NCBI GenBank assembly: GCA_010093815.1
Contig: ML996575.1
DNA: 64,000 bases
Direction: 5' to 3' (one strand)
Source: Pseudovirgaria hyperparasitica
Lineage: Eukaryota
Shown: positions 38,420-52,722 of the stretch, piece by piece
Position numbering within the stretch: the first letter of the stretch is position 1
Layout: the number at the start of each line of letters is the position of its first letter
Made by a program: the position numbers and the translations under genes
Notes under the pieces: model-generated
What the model saw: the letters and a program-made list of their open reading frames with translations, nothing else
Told to the model about the DNA's origin: nothing
The model's database searches: none

Positions 38420-39633
38420 CTAAAGCTCCTCGTGATGCGGGACGTCACTTACGATAGGCGAGGCGACAGGTAGAGAAACCACGACAGCAGACGGAGCCGC
38501 AACGGGCACAGCCTCGTCCTGGGCCCTAACAGCGGCGACGCTCTTGAAGACCTTGAGCGAGTTGACGCTCCAATACGAGTCGGAAAATGCACCCGGGTTG
38601 TTGGCGACGTAGTCGTTGCACGTACCTGCTTTTGCAGCGCACGAAGACCCGCCCCAGACGGCGCCGGCCCAGTCACCGCCTGTAGTAGTTGTTAGCATAT
38701 TCTCATCAGCTGTTTGGGTGGTGAGATAGGGGGCTCACAGAAGGTGGTGTCGAAGATGATGTTGAGGCTGTTGAAAGACTTGTCAATGTCGCAACCACCT
38801 TGGAACAGAGCCTGTGGCGTTCCCCAAGTAGAAGGATTCGGGGTGGCACTGTTGATATCACCGGGGACAGAGCCTCGAGCAAAGCGCCAGATGGCAATGG
38901 CGTCGCTACGGATTTCAGTAGCGAAGACGGCCCCTCCTGCATTGTTCAACGGAGTACCATAGCTTCCGGTAGACTGGTCCGTAATTCCGCAGCCGGTGTT
39001 TCCGTCGACATTGGCGTCGCAGTTTCCGGTGGCTATGGAGCCGAGCATGCCACCTCTGTTCTCGATGGTGCAGCCAGGGGCGGTGTGTAATGTCATCTTG
39101 TTCTGTGTCTGGTCGTTGACACCCTCGATAATATCGATCTCACCACTGCTTTGGTTAGTAATGTGCTTCGCAATGTTTCGCTAACCCTACTTACTTGTTG
39201 GGCCAGTTGGGGCCAAACATCCAGAAAGCAGGCCATGTGCCACAAGTCGATGCGGGCATGTGAGCAAGGTCGATGATGATGAGACCGTCATTGTACGAGT
39301 TCTTGCTTTCCAGACGGACACTAGGGCGCCCCTTGGGTGTAACATTGTTATGGTCGACCCCGATATAGGCTGGACCATTAGTGTTAATGAGGCCGGTGCT
39401 TGAGGCTGTCCCTTGATCGACATATCGGACGAAACCTGTATGCTACGTGAGTATGATATGTATGATACGACACTCGATATTGATCGTGTCGACTGACCAT
39501 GTGTCGGGTCACCACCCGTATAGAAGTTGAACATGTTGAAGAAGTTGCCACCACTATAGTCATCTTGCAGGACGTAGCCAGCTACGCTCAGGCGTACAAG
39601 CGCCAGAGAGGCGAGGACGGTGTGGTAGAGCAT
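38420..39633 (-). CDS. GH16 endo-1,3(4)-beta-glucanase, secreted, at least 4 exons
   Basis: Signal peptide [41 protein letters not shown], catalytic GEIDIIEG and FDTTFCGDWAG. The unspliced end reads ...VPHHEEL*. Confidence 0.94.
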
Positions 39634-42155
39634 GGTGTACAAGGGACGGGTGTACGAGGTAGTACTATAAGAAACGAAACAAGGTGCAACAAAAGAGCGA
39701 CTTCTACCAGAGATGTTCAAGATTCTGTAAAAAGAGATAAGGGTAGTAAGAAGAAGACTACAAGACGGCTACATGCTAGGTCTTTATGCTGCTCGATGAT
39801 TTACCTCTTTGCTTCTGCGGCGTCGAGGGCCCATCTCTCCCTGTAGGCGTTTAATTCGACGATGGTGCAACGGTGCCAGATGCTAGGTCAGAAGCTGCGG
39901 TCTCGGGGCAGCCCCACAAGGCAGGACATATGAAGGTCTGTTTCATCCATCTCAAGGGCAGATGTGTCGTAGCAAGGATTATAGCGTTCCTGAATGGGGG
40001 ACTGGAGAGATTACCATACCACGGGTTAGGTGGGGCGATGGGAGGGTCCACAAGGGAATCATACACTGCGAACGATATGCGCCCTGACTGCAACGGTACA
40101 GCCAGCTGTTTCCACCTCCACAGTGGGTAGAAAGGAGCTTGTGTGAGTGTCTTGAAACATCCAAAGCGGCTCGAGTTCTGTCAACAAAAAGTCGTGCAAT
40201 GCTCAGCAGTAGCCACGTCCATAATACTAGACTGGGTACCCGGTTTGAGAACACTGGCGGAGTACCAAAGAGCAAAAGTATCTCAAAAAGTGTAGAGCAG
40301 TCAGCCTTTCTGAACAGGTTGCTGTTCGCAGGGTGTCAGTACAGGTCATCTGTTTTAGAGCCGTTGTATCTCGAGGTCTAGAGGACCATAAAAAAGCCTT
40401 CAGCTGACGCTGATAGTACTCGTAGTAGAGACGCCTTGTCTGAACTACCAGCTCCCGAAGCTTGAGAGATTACCTAGAGTGATGAATACAAAGAGTCCAC
40501 ATGTATGCATCACTTTGGGCATGACGAGGGGCGACCAAGATATCATCCGTCACGCCTGGCAAGCAAGAGCATGCGGTTTAGCAGCCTGACTCTCAGATAC
40601 CCATTGTCTGACTGGCATCGTGAAAACGCGTGTTCATCGTTTGACACCAGAAACTGTCGTGCGAGCCACTCACAAGGCCGCCCTGAGACACTCGATCCTG
40701 GCACCAGTCTGACGAGGAAAAGCGAGGATAGCCTCCTCCCGGAACCAGGTCCCGGCCACCGTGGCTTCGAACAGCGGAGCAATGAGCACGCGCAGAAGGG
40801 CCTCGTCGTCGACACCACGAGTGCAGCTCTCAAGGGCGTTTGTGTGACAAAGTCATGTGCAGGACGATGATTCGTGAGTTGACGTGCACCTAAGCTTTGC
40901 TCCGGGGGGCGCTAGACGTGAATGGGGTTTAAATGTCCGCGCCCCCTTCTTCGATTGCAGCCGCCGGACGGAACATCTTACTGCAAGCGAACGAAGGACA
41001 AAGTGACAAAGTATATATATGGGTTTGTTGTACAAACTGAAATCTAGTCTATGATCGTTAGCCGCTGATTGTTGGATGTTGTACTCACCACGGCAAAAAT
41101 TGTGACAAGGATCTCTCTCTACGTAGAACAGTCCCATTCGAACAAAGGTCAACAAACATGATACTATCTGCATCCTGGAAATCCTCTCTAAAAAAGGAAT
41201 ATTGGATCTCTTATCCACAGGCGGGCATCTCTAACCGAGATCGTCACAGCATATAAAGAGGGCAACCAAGATTCATCATTGGCCAGACCATAAATTAGAT
41301 TGGTCGACGACATCCGATTCGCCACGGGCTACATACATCACACACAACAACATAATAGCTGCTCGTCTTGTTGATTGGATGAAGTACTTGTGACCCCAAG
41401 TTACGATCCGCACGCAAGCTCGACTTCACGTTTGACTATCAAACGGGTTCGTCCCGTATTAAAGGCTAGACGGGAGATCATCTTCCTTGCAGACTAGGAT
41501 GGTTCTGCGACGCGCGGCTGACTCGTGGAGCAGTTGAGTAGACCATTGCAGCTCTCATGGCGAGGCCTAGAGATGATGCGTACAGTCGACGTTTAGATGC
41601 CATTATTCCCATGAATAGGCTAGAGGATCTCTAGAACCGTGTCCGTGGTAGCATAATTTGCAGGACTGCATGCTCAAAGGCACAAAGAACCTGAAGCATC
41701 GTTTTAACCTGCACGAAAATATGTAGGATTAGGACTTTGCTTTGTAATTAAGCCTATCTATCTCCTGCGGCCAATTAGCAGCGCAGATCTTCTGTCTTTA
41801 CAAAAGTATCTAATCTGCCGACTGTCCGTGCAGGAGCAGTCGAGCATCGAGATTATGACCTTGTCCGAGATGGTAAAGACTTTCTTTTCCATAGCCTCCA
41901 CATTCATGGCTGCCGAGTTCTTTTGTCGATGCTCGTGATTAGAAGACTGACGTCTCCTTCCATTATCCTGGACCATGCCTATGCAACGGAGCGAGATTTC
42001 GTGTGTGGTGTTGCTTATCCAAGTCTCACAAATCACTCTGCCCGTGACAGGGGACAAGGCATGTCGTCCAGCTAGTGCATCTGTGTACTTGGCTTACTTG
42101 CCACCTGCATTTGTACAGCTCGCTCTATAGTTGCTGCCTTCCACTCACGGCCTCC

Positions 42156-45150
42156 TCAGTCCAGAATACCGCTCTCTTTCAAATTCCTGAATAACTCAGG
42201 CTCGAGGAATTTACTTATAGTGACATCTTCAGCAAGCCCCTTCCTTCTCCTTGTCTTGAGAACAAAATCTCGGGCTGTGGCTTGCGCTGTGGCAGGCTGT
42301 AGTGGACGGGTCTTGGCTTCTTTATCAAGTGGGTCGCCGGGAACAATTTGCCAGTTATCGAACACCAGAGAGACTATAGCTTGACCTTGTGTATGAATCC
42401 TTAAATCTGTCTCGAAGCCAAAGCTATCAATTACGGGGAGGAGTCCTTTGACTTGGTAGAGAGGAGTTCCTGCAATCGGTCCATCGGACAGGATATGACC
42501 TCGCCTCCGTCCAAGCACGGTGTAAGCCGCTGTGACTGCATCTGCTGGTCCCACCATCGAGCAAGAGTACACTGGCTCCATCAGTCGCGGGCTCGCCATG
42601 AGGAATGATGAGTAGCAAGCCCGTCTTGATGTAGGTATTATCTGCGCGCCACCACGGAAGATTGCTTCTGGGGCTACATTGACGTCCATTATTCGAAACT
42701 TCGTGTTGCGAATTGGTTCGTCGCAAAGTGGACCCTCTCGGGTTGCCCAAGAGAAGCCTTGGCGAATCGTGTCGCGTACCGACTTGAGCAGTTTCTGATC
42801 CACGTCGGAGGGAAGAGTGTCATTCTGAAGTATATTTGGACCCATATCGTCTGGTCCAAATGCCCAAATGTTGCGGGAAGAAAGCAGATCATAGCCATAA
42901 TTGTTCTCGAAGAACTTCCCAACCTTGCGAACTGGATCTTTGATGTTTACTTTACCACTTTCGATATCCCCTGCGATACCGGTGTCAAGTGGCTCTGCGA
43001 CCATGGTCAGCTTGTTTTTTTTATTTGGCGAAAGCGCGTAGCATTTGATCGCTGAAGCCTCCTGTACAGTCTCGCAGAACCTTGTGACTGGATCTGATAC
43101 CTTGATTTCCATCTCGGCGTAAAGTCGTCGGAGGTCATGCAGAACGCAGTCCATGTATAGTTCCCCAGTACCCAAGATAATATGCTCGCCTGATTCCTCG
43201 ACCTTGGTCGTTACTAATGGGTAACTCTTATTGACCTTACGAAGACCGTCCAACATCTTTGGGAGTTCAGATGGATTAATGGGCTCCACGGCGACCTTGA
43301 ACACAGATTCAAAGAAATGTTTCACTGGACTGAAAATGTACGGTTCCTCGTCATCCGGTAGCTTTTGAGCGATAATTGTTGCGGTCTTGACAATGGAGTT
43401 GTCGACTCCACCAAGCAGCACCCAACTCCCAGCAGGTACACCACTAGTTGGCACATTGTACCTCGATTCGGCAATCCAGGTGTCAGTGACTGTAACAGCC
43501 ACCATATCTTCTTCATCGTCCGGTGTATAACCCTCACCCAGTACTCGAACTGTTGTTGAGGGACGAGCGGTCCCACTCATCACACGGCCAAGACAATGGA
43601 AGCTCTTTGCATCCGCAGTATTGTAAAGCTTGGTGACATGCACTACTAGCGGGCCGTCTGGATCGCATTTCTCCATAGATGCCACAGTTTTTGTATCTAG
43701 AGGTCCAGTGTAATAGCGCTCAAGCATCCTCCTAGCCCCGTCGACTGGTGATGGTACATGATTGACAATCATATCTACAAAGCCGGTAGCAGGTCCGAAG
43801 AATTGTGCACAAGCTAAGCGCAGTAGATCCTTTGCATCTCGCTTCAATTCATTCGGCTTCAAGTAGATACCGTGTCTTCCAAGGAATGTCTTGAGCTCAT
43901 CCGGATCTTTGCTGATAGTGTGAGCATAGAGCTTATATATAGGCTCCAGCACGAAGCTAACAAAACTACGTTTTGCCTTGTCTTCCGCGGCCCTTCGTGT
44001 GAACTTGCGGCTACCGGGATTGAAGAAGATATCGCCCCATAACCGGCGACTGAACTCCTCGACATCGACTCCGGGATAGCTTTGAGCATATATCCGTGCA
44101 AACGACTGAAGCGTTATGCACCACCTCATATCGCTTGATGCAAATGCAACGTTGCCTTTCTCCGGGCTGACACGGTATTTTTCACCCTGACCTGGAACCA
44201 CTTCTTCAATGAAGGTATTTACTTGTTCCACAACATGCTTCAGTTTGAAGTATGCGTCCGACGCAGGAAGTTTGAGTTCCAGGATCAGTCGGTCCATCTT
44301 GTTGATGACCAACGTTAATGGGAGTCCTTCGAGAATCGCATGCTTGATCGTGTGCTCAGTAGTAACTTGAACACCCTCTACTACATCCACGATCAGTACA
44401 ACTCCGTCCACGAGTCGGAGTGACGCGGCCATCTCGTCGGCAAAGTTCACGTGCCCCGGTGTATCCAGGACGTTCACCAGATGCGACTTGCCCTTGCTGG
44501 TCTGTAAGACCAAGGTCATTGGTGATGCCTTTATTGAGACACCTCTTTCGCGCTCCAGAGTATGTGTATCCGTATACCTCAATTGCTCATCTCGTTTCTT
44601 GCCTCTTCTCTTTTCTAGCTTCTGCTCAATGTCGTGTGTCTCAAATACTAGCATGTCCATAAAGGCAGTCTTGCCGTGGTGAAGGTGCCCAGCCAGGGCT
44701 ACGTTCCGAGTTTGTTCTGGAAAGTTCATGAGATCGCTCATAAACTCACGCGAAAACCGGACGGAGGGTAGATCGGTTTCTTCTACGATGAACTTTTTCT
44801 GTACGACTGGTTCGATGATTGGCTGCGTCAGAGGCTGCGTATCCTCTTCTTGTACCATCGTTTCTACATCGGTGCCATACACTTGTTGGGCAGTAGGGTA
44901 ATACTGCTTGTCTTCATGTAAAATGACCGCATTTGATGGCCCATCTTCGTCAACCTCCATGAGCTGTTGGTCATTGACCTCTGCCACCTCATCATCGTCA
45001 TAGTTCAGATAAGGGTCAGCCACCTGCACTTCATGTTCGGATTCGTCGTCGGACTCGGCTTCCCCAATAAAATTGCCAAACCTGCACAGATTAGTATTTT
45101 AGGAGACTTAGCAGACACTGCGGGACATACTCATCATATAGATCATCCAT
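42156..45150 (-). CDS. SNU114: U5 snRNP 116-kDa EF-2-like GTPase (Snu114/Cwf10), 2 exons
   Basis: MDDLYDE|FGNFIG, VILHEDKQYYP, G-motifs GHLHHGKT, DTPGH and NKMD, then EF-2 domains III-V ending ...KTRRRKGL. Confidence 0.97.
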
Positions 45151-45535
45151 CTCGACGGGTCGCACGTAGAGAGGTGAAGCTCTCTATAGTGACGTTGCAA
45201 AGTGCAGAACGTAAACGCGCTAATACCCGACTTCACGTCGCGCGTGAACCTAAGATAAACTTGAAGTTCACACGGCGATGAGATAATCCGCTGTGGGCGG
45301 TGACAAAGGGCAGTTAATAGTCGGGCCTTGGCAGGAACAGCTCCTGCCCCACCTCACCTCACTAATCTTTTCGGGGATCATGCGGTGCTTTTCCCAGAGG
45401 AGCTGCTGCCGACCTGTTTACCCCAAAGCAGATATATATACACTCCGCGTTTGCTCCCCGACGTTTTGTTTTTTTGTCCCCCGAATCTCGTCCAGCTCTT
45501 CAACACTTACAAAATCCTCGAAAACTGTACTCAAC

Positions 45536-46894
<1,359 letters not shown>

Positions 46895-48836
46895 ACGTTT
46901 CGAATTTTCTTGTGGGTTACATGGGCTGAGCGATATCTCGGATGAGCAATGGATAGCGTATTACATCTTTTCGTCCGAACCATGTTCAGCTATACAGAAT
47001 TTAGAATAGAACGCAATACATAACGTAAAAGTCCAATCATATGGCTGTTAGCTAACTCAAGTCTGAATCTTTGCAGGACAAAGTACTAGGCTGGCATTCT
47101 AGGAACTAATTAGACGGTCGCCAGGCACTGTCCTATAGGAATCAAGCACGTTCCCAGTATAGTATTTTGCCCCGTGTACAAGCGGTACATTTCTCGGAAA
47201 GTAACAAGTGTTTACAAAAGATCTGGCAGACCAACTACTTATACTATTGCTATGTCGTCGAGTCTGCCCCTGAACCACCAGCAGGTCTTGAGCTTTTCAT
47301 GCCATTATCCATTATATCGCGGACAACTTCTAGATCTTATAATAATATGATGTATGTCTCTTATAGTTTATTGACTGGAGCGATGAGGCAAGTAGTCAGA
47401 TGTAGACGCACGAGAAGCTGGAAAGTTGCTAACTCGAGCTTTTGAGTGAGATGGCGAAGCTGTGCCGTTTGATAACCAGATATCATGGAGTTTGATGGAT
47501 ATAGAGGGACTTAACTGCTGACCACGGGCTTGAGACGTTTTAGATAACTCAGCACTGTCGGAAGTGCTCTTGGTTTATTCTGGATGCGCGCCTACCACTA
47601 TCACTTGTAGCACTTTTCGGTCAATAACATGTAAGTTTCCATGTCTTCAGCGAGATCCTAATCTAGTAGCGGAAATGCTGGCGAATTTGGAGGTATCGAG
47701 CGATAGATATTATAAACTTGACCTTAGTTTTCTGCTCCACTACCAAAGTTCCTTGGTAATCCTTCCGATCCATGTCTCATAAACGCTGGCTATCGAGTCG
47801 TGCATGATACTCTGTCCAGCATCACGAAGACCACACGCTGAAAGGACAACATCAGTGGTGACTATAGTATCGCTTTCCTCAAGCATTGTCTTAGTTACGG
47901 AAACACGTTTCGGAGAGATCTCGAGTGCCAGTCTTGCTGTATACGGATGCTTTTTCAGCTAGGGAGAAACGGTGAACGGTTAAGTTGGAGGTGTGCTTCG
48001 AAGCAACGGTATATCAGTCCTCTCAATCTGTCGGTAAGCGTAGATGCAGGTTCCATACCTACGAGAGTTCAGCTAAAATCCCGACAACAAGGCGAGTACA
48101 GCGACTCTATCGCAACTTGATGGTGTACTAAGTACGGCCGCTGCCACTTGAAAGCGGGAAGAGGCATTGCGATGGTTAATTTTACAGTGAAAGTACAGAC
48201 CTGGAATGAGCCTGATGAGAGTGAAAGGTGTCCTTGCAACTTGGGAAGATCAGTGTCTAGCTGGAAGAGAATGTAACGAACGTGCAAGAAAAAGCGTTCG
48301 CCAAGTGCGATGCAGACACTCTTCGAGCTCGGTTTCCTTAATTTATGACTCCGGAGCAACGCTCTGATGATACCGTGTAACGATCCTGTGTACGCCGTAG
48401 TAGACGTTGGTGCAACGACTAGGGTTCGACGGGCGCAAGGTCTCGATGCGCATTGCATTGCTTGGCGGGTATCATACATCTAGAAGAACGATGTGTGCAC
48501 TGTAAGTAGTCATAGGTGTCTTCTAGTACTCGGCTGAACAAAGAGCTGGGTATTTGGAGAGCGGCTTGCCTGAGAGTTGGGGGTAATGGAAAAGGGACTG
48601 TACTGGGCGTTTATTCGCGAAACGCAATTGTCAGAGCCCTTGGCGGTGAATTCAGATTGCGAGATTCCCAATGTATCCGTCGGTCCGCTTCACCCTTGTC
48701 CCTGCCTATACAGAAAAGAGACAGGGGCTGTATATTACAGGCCCGTGAAGTCGTTTGCTGTTATAAACGGTACATTGTCGTCGGTTCATTCTAATGAGGT
48801 ACGGCATAGGTTTTGAATTCTGGTCAGTAGACAGTC

Positions 48837-50324
48837 ATGATGATTTCTTCTGGTCTTTACTTGCCTGCGTTGGCCGTAGCAACTCTGGCATCAGCATGGT
48901 CAACTCTGTTCTCACGCCAATATGCCGCAACCGTCATAGTGGACTTGGATACAAAGTACCAGACCATTGATGGGTTCGGGTTTTCTGCAGCTTTCCAGAG
49001 GGCAAACCTGATCGTAGCTTTGCCTGAGCCGAGGCGATCAGAGCTTGTCAATCTGCTCTTCAATTCGACTTCAGGTGCGGGCTTCTCGATCTTAAGAAAT
49101 GGTATTGGATCATCGCCGGACAGCAGCAACGACTACATGAACTCGATCCTGCCGATTTCACCAGGCGGCCCTGGGGTTGAGCCACAGTATGTCTGGGATG
49201 GAAAGGATTCTGGACAACTGTGGCTCTCTCGGGAGGCAGCAAGATACGGAGTGGATCGATTCTACGCGAATGCCTGGAGCGCGCCAGGGTTCATGAAAAC
49301 TAATGGAGATGATCGGAACGGGGGATATCTCTGCGGTGTGAGTCGAGCTCCGTGTCCAGTAGAGGTGAAAAGATGTAAACTGGATGTAAACTGACAATTC
49401 CAGGTGACAGGTACAAGCTGTAGCAGTGGAGACTGGAGGCAAGCCTATGCCAACTACCTTGTTAAATATATTCAGCTCTATGCCGATGCGGGTGTGAATA
49501 TAACGGATGTAGGCTTCTTGAATGAGCCGGATCTAAGCACCAGCTATGCATCGATGTTGTCGTCTGGAGCACAGGCAGCTGAATTTATCAAAATACTCGC
49601 ACCGACTCTGCAGAGTAATGGTCTTTCTAACGTTGGCATCACTTGTTGTGAAGCCACTGGATGGAACATCACCGAAAGATATCTTTCTGAATTGAAGACA
49701 GAGGGAGCGGAAGAATTGGTCAATACGATCTCCTCGCACGAATACTCTAGTCGAGTGACCGGTCCATTGGATACTACGAGGAAGATATGGCAGACGGAGT
49801 ATTCAGATCTCAGTGGCAGTTGGTCGACTGGATGGTATAGCAACGGTGGAGCAGGTGATGGATACACGTGGGCCAATACCGTCTATGACGCATTGACAAA
49901 GGCAAGCCTAAGTGCGTATCTTTACTGGGAATGTATCCAAGACACAGCCACTAATAACAACAATAACGAAAAGCTGGTTCTCATCGACGGCGAGTCCTTC
50001 GAGGTATCTAAAAGACTCTGGGCATTCGCTCAATTCTCGCGAACTGTCCGTCCTGGCGCCGTTCGAATCGGAGCATCGGGAGGTGAATTGAAGGTTACGG
50101 CCTTCCAGAACATCGATGGGCAAGTTGCTGTGAACATCATCAACCCAGGAGTGCTCTCCGCAGCAATCAATATTGCCTTTGACGGCTTTGTCCCGACCAC
50201 CGGTAATGCCTGGCTTACTGATAACTCGCGCGACATGGTCGACATAAGAATTTTGGTCCTCAATGGAATGGCGTACGGTGCAGTGCCTCCGAAGGCTATG
50301 GTGAGCTTTCTCTTAGCAGCATGA
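48837..50324 (+). CDS. GH30 subfamily 7-type xylanase / glucuronoxylanase, secreted, 2 exons
   Basis: Signal peptide; YQTIDGFGFSAAFQRA; GAGFSILRNGIGSS; AWSAPGFMKTN; LCG|VTGTSCSSGDWRQAYANYL; acid/base FLNEP; nucleophile WQTE; SKRLWAFAQFSR. Confidence 0.9.
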
Positions 50325-50661
50325 TGATCTTTAACATGACAACGTGGCATTGGGGTTTCGATAAGCGCGAAGCAAAGTAAAAAGCAATACGAGGCTGAGC
50401 TAGGTAGATGCAAGATTGATTAGATACAAAGTCTCTGGATTTCGAGTGAATGGAAACAGCTGTTGATAACAGAGAAGCGCGAGTATTGAACGAGACTCTT
50501 CCCCTTGTTCTCCCAGGTGTTTCGGATCCATTATGACGGCCCCACCCCACGTTGATGCCTGAGGCAGCACCAGATACCGAGACAATTGAAGCTGGTGTAT
50601 CATACATTCATTGCCGTTGGCACTGCGCTTTCATCTTCACAGTAAATAACTGCACACAAAG

Positions 50662-51724
50662 ATGTCGGACCAAGCCTTCGATAGTGCTCTGTATGTGGTT
50701 CCCTTCCTATTCAGACTCTCCACTTCCTAACAGTACATCTCAGGGACCTCCTCCGACGCCTCAATCCCAAAGACACCGCAAAGCATGTAGACCTTCTCTG
50801 CCAGCTGGCGCCTTCGCTCACAGAAGACCTTCTCGAATCTGTCGACGTACCGCTCGCTGTCAAGAAGTGCCGGAAAACAAAGCGAGACTTCCTCTGTTGT
50901 GACTACAATCGGGATGGGGACAGCTGGAGGAGTCCTTGGAGTAATGAGTTTGAACCCCCAGTTGCAGATGGAGAAGGAGTTGTGCCTAGCGATAGGGTCA
51001 GGAAGATGGAGGTGAAGGCCAACGAAGCTTTCGACGTCTATCGTGAGCTGTATGCCACACAACCAGAGGCCAATTCCCCAATCACTGGCTAATGTGAGGA
51101 ATACAGGTACTATGAAGGTGGCATCTCAAGTGTATACTTCTGGGATATCGATGATGGTTTCGCGGGCTGTGTGCTGCTCAAGAAGTGTGAGTTCCCTTCC
51201 CAGACTTTGTGCGCATTCACTGATCTGTCTAGCTGTCTCGCCCTCCGCTAAAGGTTCCGGTAGTTGGGACAGCATCCACGTATTCGAAGTCCATGACCGA
51301 GCGCGATCCGCACAGTATAAACAGACGAGCACAGTAATTCTAACACTAGGAACCGACTCAGAGAATCTTGGGACGCTAGACCTCAGTGGAAATATGGTCA
51401 GACAAATCCAGGAAGATAGAGCTGTGGAGGATGATGGCGGTCATGTCGCCAATATAGGGAAGATGGTTGAAGAGATGGAACTGAAGATGCGGAATTCTCT
51501 ACGTAAGTCTATCTATCCATGGCCCATCGTAGCAGCTACTAAAACATGTACAGAGGAAGTCTATTTCGGCAAAGCCAAGGATATCGTTGGTGATCTGCGA
51601 AGTAAGCCATTCTCCGCTGTCGTCAATCATAATGCTCATCATGAACTCAGGTATTGCTCCGCTAAGTGAGACAAATCGCGATCGAGCCGCGCATCGAGAT
51701 GTTATAAGTAGTATGGGACGGTGA
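50662..51724 (+). CDS. CAP2: F-actin capping protein subunit beta, 6 exons
   Basis: Spliced MSDQAFDSAL|DLLRRLNP...CDYNRDGDSWRSPWSN...AFDVYREL|YYEGGISSVYFWD...WDSIHVFE...HVANIGKMVEEME...EVYFGKAKDIVGDLRS|IAPLSETNRDRAAHRDVISSMGR*. Confidence 0.95.
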
Positions 51725-51903
51725 TAAGACGTGCGAGCGATCTACGTGCTGCTGCGTGCTTGCCGTTGCGACTCCGTGTCGTGTAGCGGACACGAGGCTA
51801 CGCTGGAAAGCGTAAACAAAGTTGGCAAAGTCAGAGCTCATTCCATCACATTTGATATGAAGGATTTGTAGGCCTCTCGAAAGGTTTGCACACTTTCTCC
51901 AGA

Positions 51904-52722
51904 TCAGAATTGCTTGACAGAACTCTCGTCTCGAGCTTTTTTCAACACGCGTCTCTGGATCATACTGCATGCCACTTTGATCTTCTCCGATGTGAGCTCG
52001 ACATTTTCGGGTTTGAAAGGCGTGTAATGATGGCCAGTGATCTCTGTAACCGCGTCTATCAGATGATAATCGTACAGCTCCCATCCTAAAAGTCTGCGCT
52101 GACGATGCACATCAACCCTCATGACTGTGTCCTTGTCCGCGTCCGCCGGAACAGGCACGGACTCCTCGACACGGATGAGAGCAGTCGGTGGAGGTACAAT
52201 GTCTGCCGTTTCGTTCCATTCTGGGATCTTCCATGTTTTCAGCATCTCGAAAGTGTTCGCGAATGAAGCCGTTACGGACTTCTGGGTCGCTGCTGATGTG
52301 TACGAGTTGAAAGTAGGCTTGTACTGTGCAACAAATTTCTTGTCTTGACCCGGGGCCTGAAATGGATATATTGTATCAACCATGACCATGCCCTTGACAT
52401 CAATTTCTGGATCGTCAACTAGTTGCCGAGCCATTTCGAGCGCAAGCATCCCTCCTAATGACCACCCTCCTAGGATAACTGGACCTGAGGGTATGACTTT
52501 CTTGATTAATTCAATATAGTGAGTACTCATTTCCGCTAGTCCTCCTATCCAAGGTTCGCCTGAATTGAAGCGCGGATTGTGAATACCCCACACATCTCGT
52601 TCTAGGTCGTCTAAGAAATGATAGTCGAACGTTGTTCCCCCACCATCGTGCATGAGCACCAGTGGTATAGCATTCGTACCAGGACTTGCTTCCTGGATGC
52701 TTGTCGGGTTCTCATCAAACAT
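51904..52722 (-). CDS. Stand-alone thioesterase-domain protein (alpha/beta hydrolase, PKS/NRPS TE-like)
   Basis: First ATG at 52722 (MFDENP); PLVLMHDGGGT, nucleophile elbow GGWSLGG, MVMVDT and C-terminal GHHY. The frame is open upstream to 52938 without an ATG. Confidence 0.85.
   Translation of the reverse strand: MFDENPTSIQEASPGTNAIPLVLMHDGGGTTFDYHFLDDLERDVWGIHNPRFNSGEPWIGGLAEMSTHYIELIKKVIPSGPVILGGWSLGGMLALEMARQLVDDPEIDVKGMVMVDTIYPFQAPGQDKKFVAQYKPTFNSYTSAATQKSVTASFANTFEMLKTWKIPEWNETADIVPPPTALIRVEESVPVPADADKDTVMRVDVHRQRRLLGWELYDYHLIDAVTEITGHHYTPFKPENVELTSEKIKVACSMIQRRVLKKARDESSVKQF

Noticed and set aside
25450..42150. Telomerase RNA, tRNA or other structured RNA in the large intergenic gaps
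   Set aside because: By eye I found no full TAACCCTAA-type template or tRNA A/B-box cloverleaf. The CTAACCCTA at 39181 lies within a GH16 intron on the opposite strand. An Infernal scan would be needed to exclude these fully.
22418..45150. PRP16 and SNU114 as a splicing gene cluster
   Set aside because: They are about 17 kb apart with unrelated genes between them and share no visible motif; likely coincidence.
50321..50398. C/D-box snoRNA-like arrangement (ATGATGA ... CTGA)
   Set aside because: The C box coincides with the GH30 stop codons (GCA TGA TGA) and I recognise no rRNA guide complementarity.
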